Program-made: the position numbers and the translations under genes
Notes under the pieces: model-generated
Database searches by the model: none
The model's input: the letters and a program-made list of their open reading frames with translations, nothing else
What the model was told of the DNA's origin: nothing
Assembly: GCA_964473825.1 (NCBI GenBank)
Contig: CAYYQL010000006.1
Span: 1 to 64,000 of the forward strand
Length of the DNA stretch: 64,000 nucleotides
Direction of reading: 5' to 3'
Source of the DNA: an uncultured archaeon
GTDB taxonomy: Archaea; Asgardarchaeota; Thorarchaeia; Thorarchaeales; Thorarchaeaceae
Part shown: positions 46,271 to 54,779 of the stretch, in pieces
How positions within the stretch are numbered: the first letter of the stretch is position 1
Layout of the letters: every line of letters starts with the position of its first letter

Positions 46271-47677
46271 ATGATGACAGTATCCCCGAAGAGTGCCCCC
46301 ATGTCGAATGATCATAAGTATATACTACTAGAGAAGGCAATCAGTGTTCTAGAAGACCACATGCTTTGTGACCGCTGTTTGGGGCGGCTCTTCGCCTGGT
46401 TGAGTACCGCCACAACGAATCCCGAACGGGGGGCCTCAATCAAACTCGTTCTCTCCATGATTGCGAACCGTGAGATGAAAGCAGGAAACCGTGAGGTGGG
46501 AACCAGACTGCTTCGACACCTAGCCGAGAATGGGCTCTCAGAACAGGCAAGGGCACTTGCATTGAAAGAGGGCATCCCTGTTAGTGCATCTGGTGAGTGC
46601 GAAGTCTGCAACACCGATGGAAATAGTGTCTTCCAGAAGATTCCTGCCATCGCCGACAGGATTTTGGAATTGGTCGCCGGGGTGGAGTACGATACTCTGC
46701 TGGTTGGAAGTGTACCAATAGCAAGAATGGCAGAGAGAGAAGAAGAGATTCGAGGAAAATTCAATCTGCTCTATGGAGAACCGTTGAAATCTGAATTCAA
46801 CCGGGTGCTGGGTAAAGAGATACTCGACAGAACTGGTAAGAAGACGGACTTTGAAACACCTGATATTGTCTTCATATATGATATGGAAAAAGATGATGTT
46901 TCCCTTCAGATCAATCCAGTCTTCATCTATGGACGATACCGGAAACTGCAGCGAGGAATACCGCAGAGTAGGTGGGACTGCAGCGAGTGCAGAGGAAAGG
47001 GCTGTGAGGTCTGCAACGGAACCGGCCGTAGATATCAGGACTCGGTTTCCGAATATATTGGCGAACCCCTCCAAGAGATGGCAAAGGGCACGAGGTTCAA
47101 GTTCCATGCAGCGGGAAGGGAGGATATCGATGCGCTGATGATAGGGGCAGGCAGGCCATTTGTGTTGGAGATCTCAGAGCCGAAGGTGCGACAGCTTGAC
47201 CTAGATGAGGCAACACGGAGAGTCAATGAGCTGAGCAAGGGAAAGGTGGAGGTGCAAGGTTTGGAGATGACTGAGAAGAGTCGAGCTCAGAAGTTGAAGG
47301 CGGAATCGTCGAAAAACATCAAGGAGTATCGAGCACTCATCACCATTGATGGCAGTGTATCGAAGGAAGATTTGAAGCGGGCTGCGGATGCACTCTCAGA
47401 TATGACTATTCAGCAAAGGACCCCAAGGCGCGTTGCACATAGAAGAAGTGATAGAGTCAGGGAGAAACAAGTCTACGAAGTCAGACTGCTTCAGGTCGAT
47501 AAAGAGACTGTGGAAGGGTACTTCCGTGTTCAGGGAGGGACCTACATAAAGGAACTCATATCAGGTGATGAGGGCAGAACGAAGCCTTCAATAGCAGAGG
47601 TTCTTGGAGTCAATGCAGTCTGTAAGGAACTCAATGTGACAGCCATCCATTCATTGGATGCACACCATAATGCTTAA
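46271..47677 (+). CDS. pus10: tRNA pseudouridine(54/55) synthase Pus10
   Basis: LCDRCLGR, GRYRKLQRGIPQ, HAAGREDIDA, GGTYIKELISG. Confidence 0.95.
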   Translation: MMTVSPKSAPMSNDHKYILLEKAISVLEDHMLCDRCLGRLFAWLSTATTNPERGASIKLVLSMIANREMKAGNREVGTRLLRHLAENGLSEQARALALKEGIPVSASGECEVCNTDGNSVFQKIPAIADRILELVAGVEYDTLLVGSVPIARMAEREEEIRGKFNLLYGEPLKSEFNRVLGKEILDRTGKKTDFETPDIVFIYDMEKDDVSLQINPVFIYGRYRKLQRGIPQSRWDCSECRGKGCEVCNGTGRRYQDSVSEYIGEPLQEMAKGTRFKFHAAGREDIDALMIGAGRPFVLEISEPKVRQLDLDEATRRVNELSKGKVEVQGLEMTEKSRAQKLKAESSKNIKEYRALITIDGSVSKEDLKRAADALSDMTIQQRTPRRVAHRRSDRVREKQVYEVRLLQVDKETVEGYFRVQGGTYIKELISGDEGRTKPSIAEVLGVNAVCKELNVTAIHSLDAHHNA

Positions 47678-47768
47678 GTGGCGACTCCGGAGGTTTTGCT
47701 GGACCTCAGATATGCCACTCTATATTGCATCTTGCAGTACGATGAAGAAAGTTCGAGGTTGATGCCCC

Positions 47769-48065
47769 ATGGTCAAGAAAAGTCACGGATACAGAGCACG
47801 AACACGTAGTCTTATGACTAAGAAGGTACGGAAGCGTGGGTTACGTCCACTTAGTCAAGTGCTTGTTGACTATAAAGTGGGAGACAAAGTAGATATCATC
47901 ATCGACCCCGGTTTCCACAAGGGAATGCCTCACAGACGCTATCATGGAAGAACCGGTACTGTATCCGGTATCCGTGGACGCGCAGTACAAGTCCAAGTGT
48001 CTCTTGGCAAAGCTATGAAGAATCTTATAATCCGGCCTGAGCATCTCAGACCAAGCAGAGGTTGA
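47769..48065 (+). CDS. rpl21e: Ribosomal protein eL21
   Basis: SHGYRARTR, HKGMPHRRYHGRTG. Confidence 0.97.
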   Translation: MVKKSHGYRARTRSLMTKKVRKRGLRPLSQVLVDYKVGDKVDIIIDPGFHKGMPHRRYHGRTGTVSGIRGRAVQVQVSLGKAMKNLIIRPEHLRPSRG

Positions 48066-48075
48066 GTGGTAGAAT

Positions 48076-48411
48076 ATGCCGAAGAAGGTCATCAGTGAAG
48101 AAGAGGTTTCATTGCCTCAGGTTAAGAAAATCCTGAGTAAACGCTCCAAAGATGGAGAGTTGTCCTTTCAGCAGACAATAACACTGGAACATGCGAATAT
48201 GTTCTCAAGGATGGCTCCATCTGTATCCATAAAGACCGTGGAGCGTTTGATGAAGAACTATGCTCTCTCCAGAGCACAAGCAGTTCAGCTCGTGAACATC
48301 GCTCCCAATACAGAAGAGGAGATGAAGACTGTACTGGATACCCGCAAGACAGACCTCACAGATGACCAGATAGCAGAGATTGTTGAGATTATACAGAAGG
48401 CACGTTCGTAA
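48076..48411 (+). CDS. rpoF: RNA polymerase subunit F (Rpo4)
   Basis: ELSFQQ...AVQLVNIAP; conserved position after eL21. Confidence 0.88.
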   Translation: MPKKVISEEEVSLPQVKKILSKRSKDGELSFQQTITLEHANMFSRMAPSVSIKTVERLMKNYALSRAQAVQLVNIAPNTEEEMKTVLDTRKTDLTDDQIAEIVEIIQKARS

Positions 48412-48521
48412 AGGAGGAGAACACAGAAACGTTCTGGGTCTTCTTCTTGCCCGATTCATTTTTATCATAAGGCTGTCCATTCAAATCTAATGCGGTTATA
48501 TAATGCCAGGAGAACAACAGG

Positions 48522-49118
48522 ATGGAAAATCATCAGGGTAGAATGTACGAGAGTCACGCATATATCCTGGCAGTGATACCACCGAAGATGTACCTCAGAG
48601 ATTCTCGACCTCACAGCGGAACTGTTGTCCAAGCTATAGGCGAGAGCTATTTTACACTCCTCGAGCTCGTCCCACAGAAGAACGTGACTCTGAACCCGCA
48701 GGAGAGGGTATCAATCGAAAAGGGTGCTCGTGGCAAGATTGATCATGTTCAAAGACGAATCGCCTATGAGGATTTAGCTGCAGAGAGTGAGGCTGAACTC
48801 CCTCTTATTGTGGAGATTATTGTCACGAAACGTGAACAAAACTTCGTTCGCTTCTTCAACGAGGCCAAGCCAATTACAACCAGGATGCACTCACTTCAAC
48901 TTCTTCCCGGAATAGGCCAGACCATCATGTGGGCGATTCTGGAAGAGAGAAAGAAAGAACCTTTCAAGAGCTTTGACGATATCGCCGAGAGAACAAAGCT
49001 GCAGAACCCAAAGAGAGTTGTCACTGGACGAATCATTGAAGAGCTTCAGGGCGATGTAAAGCGTTGGCTTTTCGTACGCCCTCCACCAGAAGACAGCGAC
49101 AGAAGCCGTTCTAGGTGA
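48522..49118 (+). CDS. DUF655 RNA-binding protein
   Basis: QAIGESYFTLLE, RMHSLQLLPGIG. Confidence 0.92.
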   Translation: MENHQGRMYESHAYILAVIPPKMYLRDSRPHSGTVVQAIGESYFTLLELVPQKNVTLNPQERVSIEKGARGKIDHVQRRIAYEDLAAESEAELPLIVEIIVTKREQNFVRFFNEAKPITTRMHSLQLLPGIGQTIMWAILEERKKEPFKSFDDIAERTKLQNPKRVVTGRIIEELQGDVKRWLFVRPPPEDSDRSRSR

Positions 49119-49990
49119 GACTTCTGAGTAGGCACAGTATCAGGTCTGAATTGAGCAAGTATGGAGTAAGGCCTAAGAAGAGCTTAGGGCAGAGTTTCCT
49201 TGTTGACAGCCGAATCGCCCAACAGATTGTCGATGCAGCAGAGATAACTGATGATGAATCTGTACTGGAGATAGGAGGCGGTCTAGGAATTCTCACTGAG
49301 TTACTGGTTTCTAGAGCTAAGAAGGTCTACGTGGTTGAGATTGACAGGGATCTAGTACTGGCCCTTACAGAGAAACTGGGAGATGCTGACGGGCTCTCTA
49401 TCATACATGGCGACATTCTGAAGATTGACTTGCCCGATGTATCCAAAGTGGTTTCGAACCTTCCATTCAGTGTTTCCTCCCCCATCACTTTCAGACTACT
49501 GAGAGAACTGAAGCCCAAAGTCTCTATTCTCACATATCAGAAGGAATTCGCACAGCGACTAATAGCAGAACCAGGTTCGAGAGAGTATTCGCGTCTCACA
49601 GTCACAGTAAACTATCTTGCCGAAGTGGAACCTCTTTTTGAGGTGCCATCAGAGTCTTTCTATCCGAAACCTGCGGTTGACTCACTTGTCGTCAGGATGA
49701 CCCCTCGAGAGAGTGGTGCGTGGGCGAAAGACAACAGGGTCTTCTATTGGATGATACGAGGCCTCTATTCATACCCAAACAAACAGCTGAGACGAGCATT
49801 ACGAATCTGGTTGAAGAATATAGATATGAAAAGAGATATGGCCGATGATATTCTTGATTCAGTAGAACAGGTTGATAGTAAGGCACGACTAAGAAGTCTC
49901 ACTATCAATGAACTGGTGTGCTTGTCAGACCGAATCACCTCTCTGATTGAAGAGGGGATAATCCCTCACCCTGAGGAAGCAAAGACATGA
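49115..49990 (+). CDS. rsmA: 16S rRNA dimethyladenosine transferase KsgA/Dim1
   Basis: KSLGQSFL, LEIGGGLG, VSNLPF, FYPKPAVDS. Confidence 0.95.
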   Translation: MRLLSRHSIRSELSKYGVRPKKSLGQSFLVDSRIAQQIVDAAEITDDESVLEIGGGLGILTELLVSRAKKVYVVEIDRDLVLALTEKLGDADGLSIIHGDILKIDLPDVSKVVSNLPFSVSSPITFRLLRELKPKVSILTYQKEFAQRLIAEPGSREYSRLTVTVNYLAEVEPLFEVPSESFYPKPAVDSLVVRMTPRESGAWAKDNRVFYWMIRGLYSYPNKQLRRALRIWLKNIDMKRDMADDILDSVEQVDSKARLRSLTINELVCLSDRITSLIEEGIIPHPEEAKT

Positions 49991-50595
49991 AAGACAGCAA
50001 TCACAGGATTGCGGTCCAAGACCACGTGTATCCTCCATCGGAAGACACGTTCCTTCTGCTAGATGCAATAGAAGTTGCTCCCGACGAGTCATTTCTTGAG
50101 GTGGGATGTGGAAGTGGCTACATCCTTGTCAATGCAGCCACAATCTCATATCGGATAATTGGGCTGGATTGCTCCTTTGAGGCCGTGAAGAACACAAAGC
50201 AGAACCTCTTACACAATGACCTATACGAAAAGGCGGAGGTGTTTGTTTCGGATCTCTTGAAGGCCATCGCGCCAGATTCTCGTTTCGACGTGATTGCATT
50301 CAACCCACCCTATCTCCCTTCGGATGAAGATAGGACAGAACTCGACCATGCATTGGTTGGGGGGATTAGGGGGACAGAAGTAACTGAGAGATTCTTACAG
50401 CAGGCAATGCAGCATGTTTCGCCAGAGGGAAGAATCTACACCATGGTCTCCTCACTCTCCGACTACGGTCGCTTCGAGAGATTAGTGGAGAATGAAGGTT
50501 TTGAGATGACAACCGTCCAGACTGGTGTATTCTTCTTTGAAAGACTGTCTGTGATTGGAGTAGCATCCTCAAGGAAATCATTTTATAAGACCTAG
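49987..50595 (+). CDS. HemK2/PrmC-like methyltransferase
   Basis: VYPPSEDTFLL, EVGCGSG, FNPPY. Confidence 0.92.
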   Translation: MKDSNHRIAVQDHVYPPSEDTFLLLDAIEVAPDESFLEVGCGSGYILVNAATISYRIIGLDCSFEAVKNTKQNLLHNDLYEKAEVFVSDLLKAIAPDSRFDVIAFNPPYLPSDEDRTELDHALVGGIRGTEVTERFLQQAMQHVSPEGRIYTMVSSLSDYGRFERLVENEGFEMTTVQTGVFFFERLSVIGVASSRKSFYKT

Positions 50596-50640
50596 AGTGA
50601 GGGCCGCTGAGTGTAACAAGGCCGCAGGAGTAGTATCCCT

Positions 50641-51405
50641 TTGTCAGAAAAGAAGCCTAAGAAATCATCCAAGAAGAATAAGAAGACCAAGACAGAGAAG
50701 ACTGTCAAGGACAACAGCCTCATCTATGTGGACTACGTAGCTAGGACTAAGGAAGAAGGGCAGATTTTCGATCTGACAAATGAGGATGTGGCAAAGAACG
50801 AGGGGCTCTACAATGAAGACACTCGGTATGAACCGATGCTTGTAGCGGTCGGACAGAACTGGTTGCTTGAAACCGTAGAAAAGGAACTTGTAGGCATGAA
50901 GGTCGGAGAGAGTAAGACGATCGAAGTTCCGGCTGAGAAAGGAGCAGGAGCAAGAGACCCTAAGAAAATCAAATCCATACCACTCCTCAAACTCAAGAAA
51001 CAGGGAGTTGTCAGCCCCATGAAAGGAGATAGGGTCAAGTTCGGCAATGAAGAGGGAATCGTGACCCTTGTTACGGGAAGAAAGGCGCGCATCGACTTCA
51101 ACAGCCCACTTGCAGGCAAGACTCTGGTTTTCGAGGTCACCATAAGGGAGATCCTCACCAGAATGAAGGACAAGATAGCAGCTGTAATCAAGCGTCGAGT
51201 CCCAGCTCTCCCAGAGGACAAGTATGATGTTGCCATCAAGGCCGGGACCATAACCATCGAGCTTCCAAAGGAGAGCCGTTACATCGAGGGTATACAATAC
51301 GCAGAGATTGGAATAGCCGCAGATGCTCTCAAAGTGAATGAGAAAGCACAAGAAGTGAAGTTTGTCATCACTTACGAGCGCCCAGAGAAACCAAAGGAAG
51401 AATAG
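50641..51405 (+). CDS. FKBP-type (long, SlyD-like) peptidyl-prolyl isomerase
   Basis: VDYVAR, GMKVGE, IDFNSPLAGKTL. Confidence 0.9.
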   Translation: MSEKKPKKSSKKNKKTKTEKTVKDNSLIYVDYVARTKEEGQIFDLTNEDVAKNEGLYNEDTRYEPMLVAVGQNWLLETVEKELVGMKVGESKTIEVPAEKGAGARDPKKIKSIPLLKLKKQGVVSPMKGDRVKFGNEEGIVTLVTGRKARIDFNSPLAGKTLVFEVTIREILTRMKDKIAAVIKRRVPALPEDKYDVAIKAGTITIELPKESRYIEGIQYAEIGIAADALKVNEKAQEVKFVITYERPEKPKEE

Positions 51406-51519
51406 CCATCGGTGAACATAGTAATGTCCGCTGCAAAAACCTTTTAATAGGTTCGAAAATGCCCTTCTATTGTCACTAGTTCTCCAAGGCACAACTTCGT
51501 TGATAGGGAGTTACTTGAT

Positions 51520-52155
51520 ATGGAACAGCAAACGAAGCCACCGGAAGAATTGAAGACCGGAACAACAACAGTTGGTCTCATTGCGAAGGACTGCGTGGTT
51601 CTTGCCAGCGATCAGAGAGCCACAATGGGCTACCTGGTAGCTAGCAAGACTGCCAAGAAGATCTACAAGATCACCGACAGGATCGGTGCAACCATTGCCG
51701 GTTCTGTTGCCGACGCACAAACAATCATGGATCTCCTGAAGGCCGAGGCAAAACTCTTCGAGATTCAGAGAGAACGACCAATGAAAGTCAAAGCATTGAC
51801 TAGGCTTTTGAGCAATATCATGTTTCAGGCGCGCGGCGCCTACATCCTTCAGTGCCTTGTGGGAGGCTTTGACGACGAGGGACCACAGGTCTACTTCAAT
51901 GACTTCATCGGATCCGTCTTGTCAGACAAGTACACATCGACAGGCTCTGGTTCGCCGGTTGCCTTTGGTGTGCTTGAGGCTGGCTATGAAGATGATCTTC
52001 CAAAGGATAAGGCGATTGAGCTGGCCGTCTCCGCTATTGCCTCAGCCATCGAAAGAGATGCTGCAACAGGAAATGCAATCCTTGTCAGCGTCATTGACAA
52101 AGATGGATACCAAGAGTTGGACAGGGAAACCATAGACAGAATCTGGAAGAAATAG
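51520..52155 (+). CDS. psmB: 20S proteasome beta subunit
   Basis: KTG-TTTVG processing site, GSVADAQ, GSGS, RDAATG. Confidence 0.97.
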   Translation: MEQQTKPPEELKTGTTTVGLIAKDCVVLASDQRATMGYLVASKTAKKIYKITDRIGATIAGSVADAQTIMDLLKAEAKLFEIQRERPMKVKALTRLLSNIMFQARGAYILQCLVGGFDDEGPQVYFNDFIGSVLSDKYTSTGSGSPVAFGVLEAGYEDDLPKDKAIELAVSAIASAIERDAATGNAILVSVIDKDGYQELDRETIDRIWKK

Positions 52156-52280
52156 AGATCCGGACTTTCTCGTTCCTCGGGACAGATTGATTCATAATCT
52201 GTCTGAACTCAGCCCCGTGGTGGGGAGCCTTTAGTGAACCAAGGGGATACTATAAGCCCACAACAAAGAAGTGACTCTAG

Positions 52281-54191
52281 ATGGGTTCTAACAACAATAA
52301 CCACGTAGATATAAGAGAGGCAGTGCTGAAAGCACTACCTCGCTCTGCAGCCATAAGCTCAGTTGAATACGAGGGGCCAGAGATAGCAATCTACTCCAAA
52401 GCACCTAAGATTCTACTTGACGATGGTAATATGATCAAATCACTTGCTCGCAAGATGAGGAAGAGATTGGTTGTCCGGTCAGCCCCTGAGGTGAGACTAG
52501 GGCATGAAGAAGCCGAAAAGACGGTGCGGGAGCTGGTTCCGGATGATGCAGAAATCACATCAATTGACTTTGACGAGTCACGTGGTGAAGTGATTATTGA
52601 AGCACAGAAACCGGGTCTTGTCATAGGGAGAGGAGGATCTACTCTACGCGAGATTACTCGGCAGACATTCTGGCGTCCGAATGTTATGAGGACTCCACCC
52701 ATTGAGAGCAAGCTCATCAAACAGATACGATACATAAACCAATCTGAGGCTGCCACCCGTAACAAGTCATTCAGAGAGATAGGTAGAAGGATACACCGAG
52801 CTCCATTGTTTGACAATAGCTGGATTCGGTTGACAGCCCTAGGTGGCTTTAGGGAGGTTGGGAGGCAATGTATGTTCTTGCAGACCTCAGAGAGCAATAT
52901 ACTGATTGACTGTGGTGTTAATGTCGGTACACCTAGTAAGGCATTTCCAAGGCTTGACATGCCCGAGCTAAGCGTTGACAAACTGGATGCCGTAGTCATC
53001 AGCCATGCGCACCTAGACCATTGTGGCATGGTGCCCTTCCTATTCAAGTATGGGTATAGAGGCCCGGTGTACATGACCGCTCCTACACTCAACCTCTCAA
53101 CGCTCCTACAACTCGACTATCTAGACGTTGCAGAGAGAGAAGGAAAACTTCGCCCCTATCGTGATAGAGACGTGAAAGAGGCCATTCTGCATACAATACC
53201 CCTCAGCTATGGAGAGGTCACAGACATCGCGCCAGACGTGAGACTCACTCTGCATAATGCGGGCCATATTCTCGGCTCGTCAATCATCCATCTCCACATA
53301 GGCGACGGGCAGTATAACCTGGCCTACACGGGTGACTTCAAGTTTGGAAGGTCGCGGCTTCTTGAGCCAGCAACATTCACATTTCCAAGACTCGAAACAC
53401 TGATTGTGGAGAGCACATACGGCCATCCAACCGACAAGATGCCACCGAGACAGGAGGTAGAACGAAGGTTTGCATCTCTGATCAAGAAGACCATCGGCCG
53501 TGGCGGAAAGGTCCTCATTCCTGTACTTGCAGTAGGAAGAGCCCAAGAGATTATGCTGGTACTAGAGGACCTAGCATCAAAGAATAGGATTCCTCGTGTG
53601 CCCGTATATATAGAAGGGATGATTGCACAAGCAACAGCAATTCATACCACTCATCCTGAGGCTTTGAGCAAGAAGATACGTGAGATGATTTTCCATCAGG
53701 GCGTGAACCCGTTCCTTAATGATATATTTGTGCAAGTAGACAATCCGGATCAGAGAGAAGAGATAGTTGAGGGTGAGCCCTGTGTGATTATGGCTACTTC
53801 AGGCATGCTTGCCGGAGGACCCAGTGTTGACTATTTCAGGCTCCTAGCCCCAGAGGAGAAGAATATGATGATGTTTGTGAGCTATCAGGGTGAAGGCACT
53901 CTTGGTCGTCGAATTCAGAAGGGGTGGAAAGAGATACAGATGAGGAATCGAGAGGGAAATACCACCATGGTTCCGGTCAACCTTCAAGTTGAAACTGTTG
54001 AGGGTTTCTCAGGTCACTCGGATAGGAAACAGATTCTCAACTTCGTGAAGCGCGTTCAACCCCACCCAGAGAGGGTTCTGACATGTCATGGTGAAGCGTC
54101 GAAGTGTCTGAACCTGGCGTCTACAATACACAAGGCTCTCAAAGTAGACACAAAGGCCTTGATGGTCACAGAAAGCGTGAAACTGCGATAG
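52281..54191 (+). CDS. fttA: aCPSF1/FttA beta-CASP ribonuclease, transcription termination factor
   Basis: N-terminal KH domains (KPGLVIGRGG), SHAHLDH, FSGHSD; follows psmB. Confidence 0.95.
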   Translation: MGSNNNNHVDIREAVLKALPRSAAISSVEYEGPEIAIYSKAPKILLDDGNMIKSLARKMRKRLVVRSAPEVRLGHEEAEKTVRELVPDDAEITSIDFDESRGEVIIEAQKPGLVIGRGGSTLREITRQTFWRPNVMRTPPIESKLIKQIRYINQSEAATRNKSFREIGRRIHRAPLFDNSWIRLTALGGFREVGRQCMFLQTSESNILIDCGVNVGTPSKAFPRLDMPELSVDKLDAVVISHAHLDHCGMVPFLFKYGYRGPVYMTAPTLNLSTLLQLDYLDVAEREGKLRPYRDRDVKEAILHTIPLSYGEVTDIAPDVRLTLHNAGHILGSSIIHLHIGDGQYNLAYTGDFKFGRSRLLEPATFTFPRLETLIVESTYGHPTDKMPPRQEVERRFASLIKKTIGRGGKVLIPVLAVGRAQEIMLVLEDLASKNRIPRVPVYIEGMIAQATAIHTTHPEALSKKIREMIFHQGVNPFLNDIFVQVDNPDQREEIVEGEPCVIMATSGMLAGGPSVDYFRLLAPEEKNMMMFVSYQGEGTLGRRIQKGWKEIQMRNREGNTTMVPVNLQVETVEGFSGHSDRKQILNFVKRVQPHPERVLTCHGEASKCLNLASTIHKALKVDTKALMVTESVKLR

Positions 54192-54242
54192 TGGGGTTGA
54201 GATTGTAGCAGACGGTTGGGCACAGACGAACACATCTGAAGA

Positions 54243-54635
54243 TCAGATCTCGACAAATGAGGGAGCAACAATTACACAGTCATCGTTTACGAGGGCAAGA
54301 TCTGCCTGAATGCCTCTCGTTTCCCCCCGTATGCGTTCGATTATACGTTTCAATTCAAGGTGGCTCTGTTCGCCACCATTGTTCAAACGCGAGATGTCCA
54401 ACAACATTATGCGTCCTTCTTTAACCTCATTAACAACGCAAGGAACATCTTCAAGCGATTTGATTCTCTTTGATCGGATGTATATCCTATCAAGCTCAGC
54501 CAATCGCTTGCACTCCTGTAGAGGGTCATCTTGAGAGATTCTGTGGGCTGGAGAGAAGATACCTAAGCCGCCCGTCTTCTTCTCTTCTTCATCTGACTCA
54601 TCATTCTTATCCTTTCGCCCGAACGGGAAACGCAA
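54243..54635 (-). CDS. sepF: Cell division protein SepF
   Basis: Hydrophobic N-terminus; EVKEGRIMLLDI...LKRIIERI...VIVAP. Confidence 0.8.
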   Translation of the reverse strand: MRFPFGRKDKNDESDEEEKKTGGLGIFSPAHRISQDDPLQECKRLAELDRIYIRSKRIKSLEDVPCVVNEVKEGRIMLLDISRLNNGGEQSHLELKRIIERIRGETRGIQADLALVNDDCVIVAPSFVEI

Positions 54636-54779
54636 ATCGTGCCACCTCTTGCTACACTCAGAGAGTGCTTTGAGGTCTGAAAAGACCGTGTATTACTAAG
54701 TTGATGAAAACTCTTTCCAGAAGACTGTATCCAGTGATGAGTGAAATGACCTATATAGATGCCACAATCATAGAAGTGA

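Noticed and set aside
50665-51492. Long antisense ORFs (also 19681-20394, 52391-53092, 18006-18698)
   Set aside because: Shadows of well-supported genes on the opposite strand.
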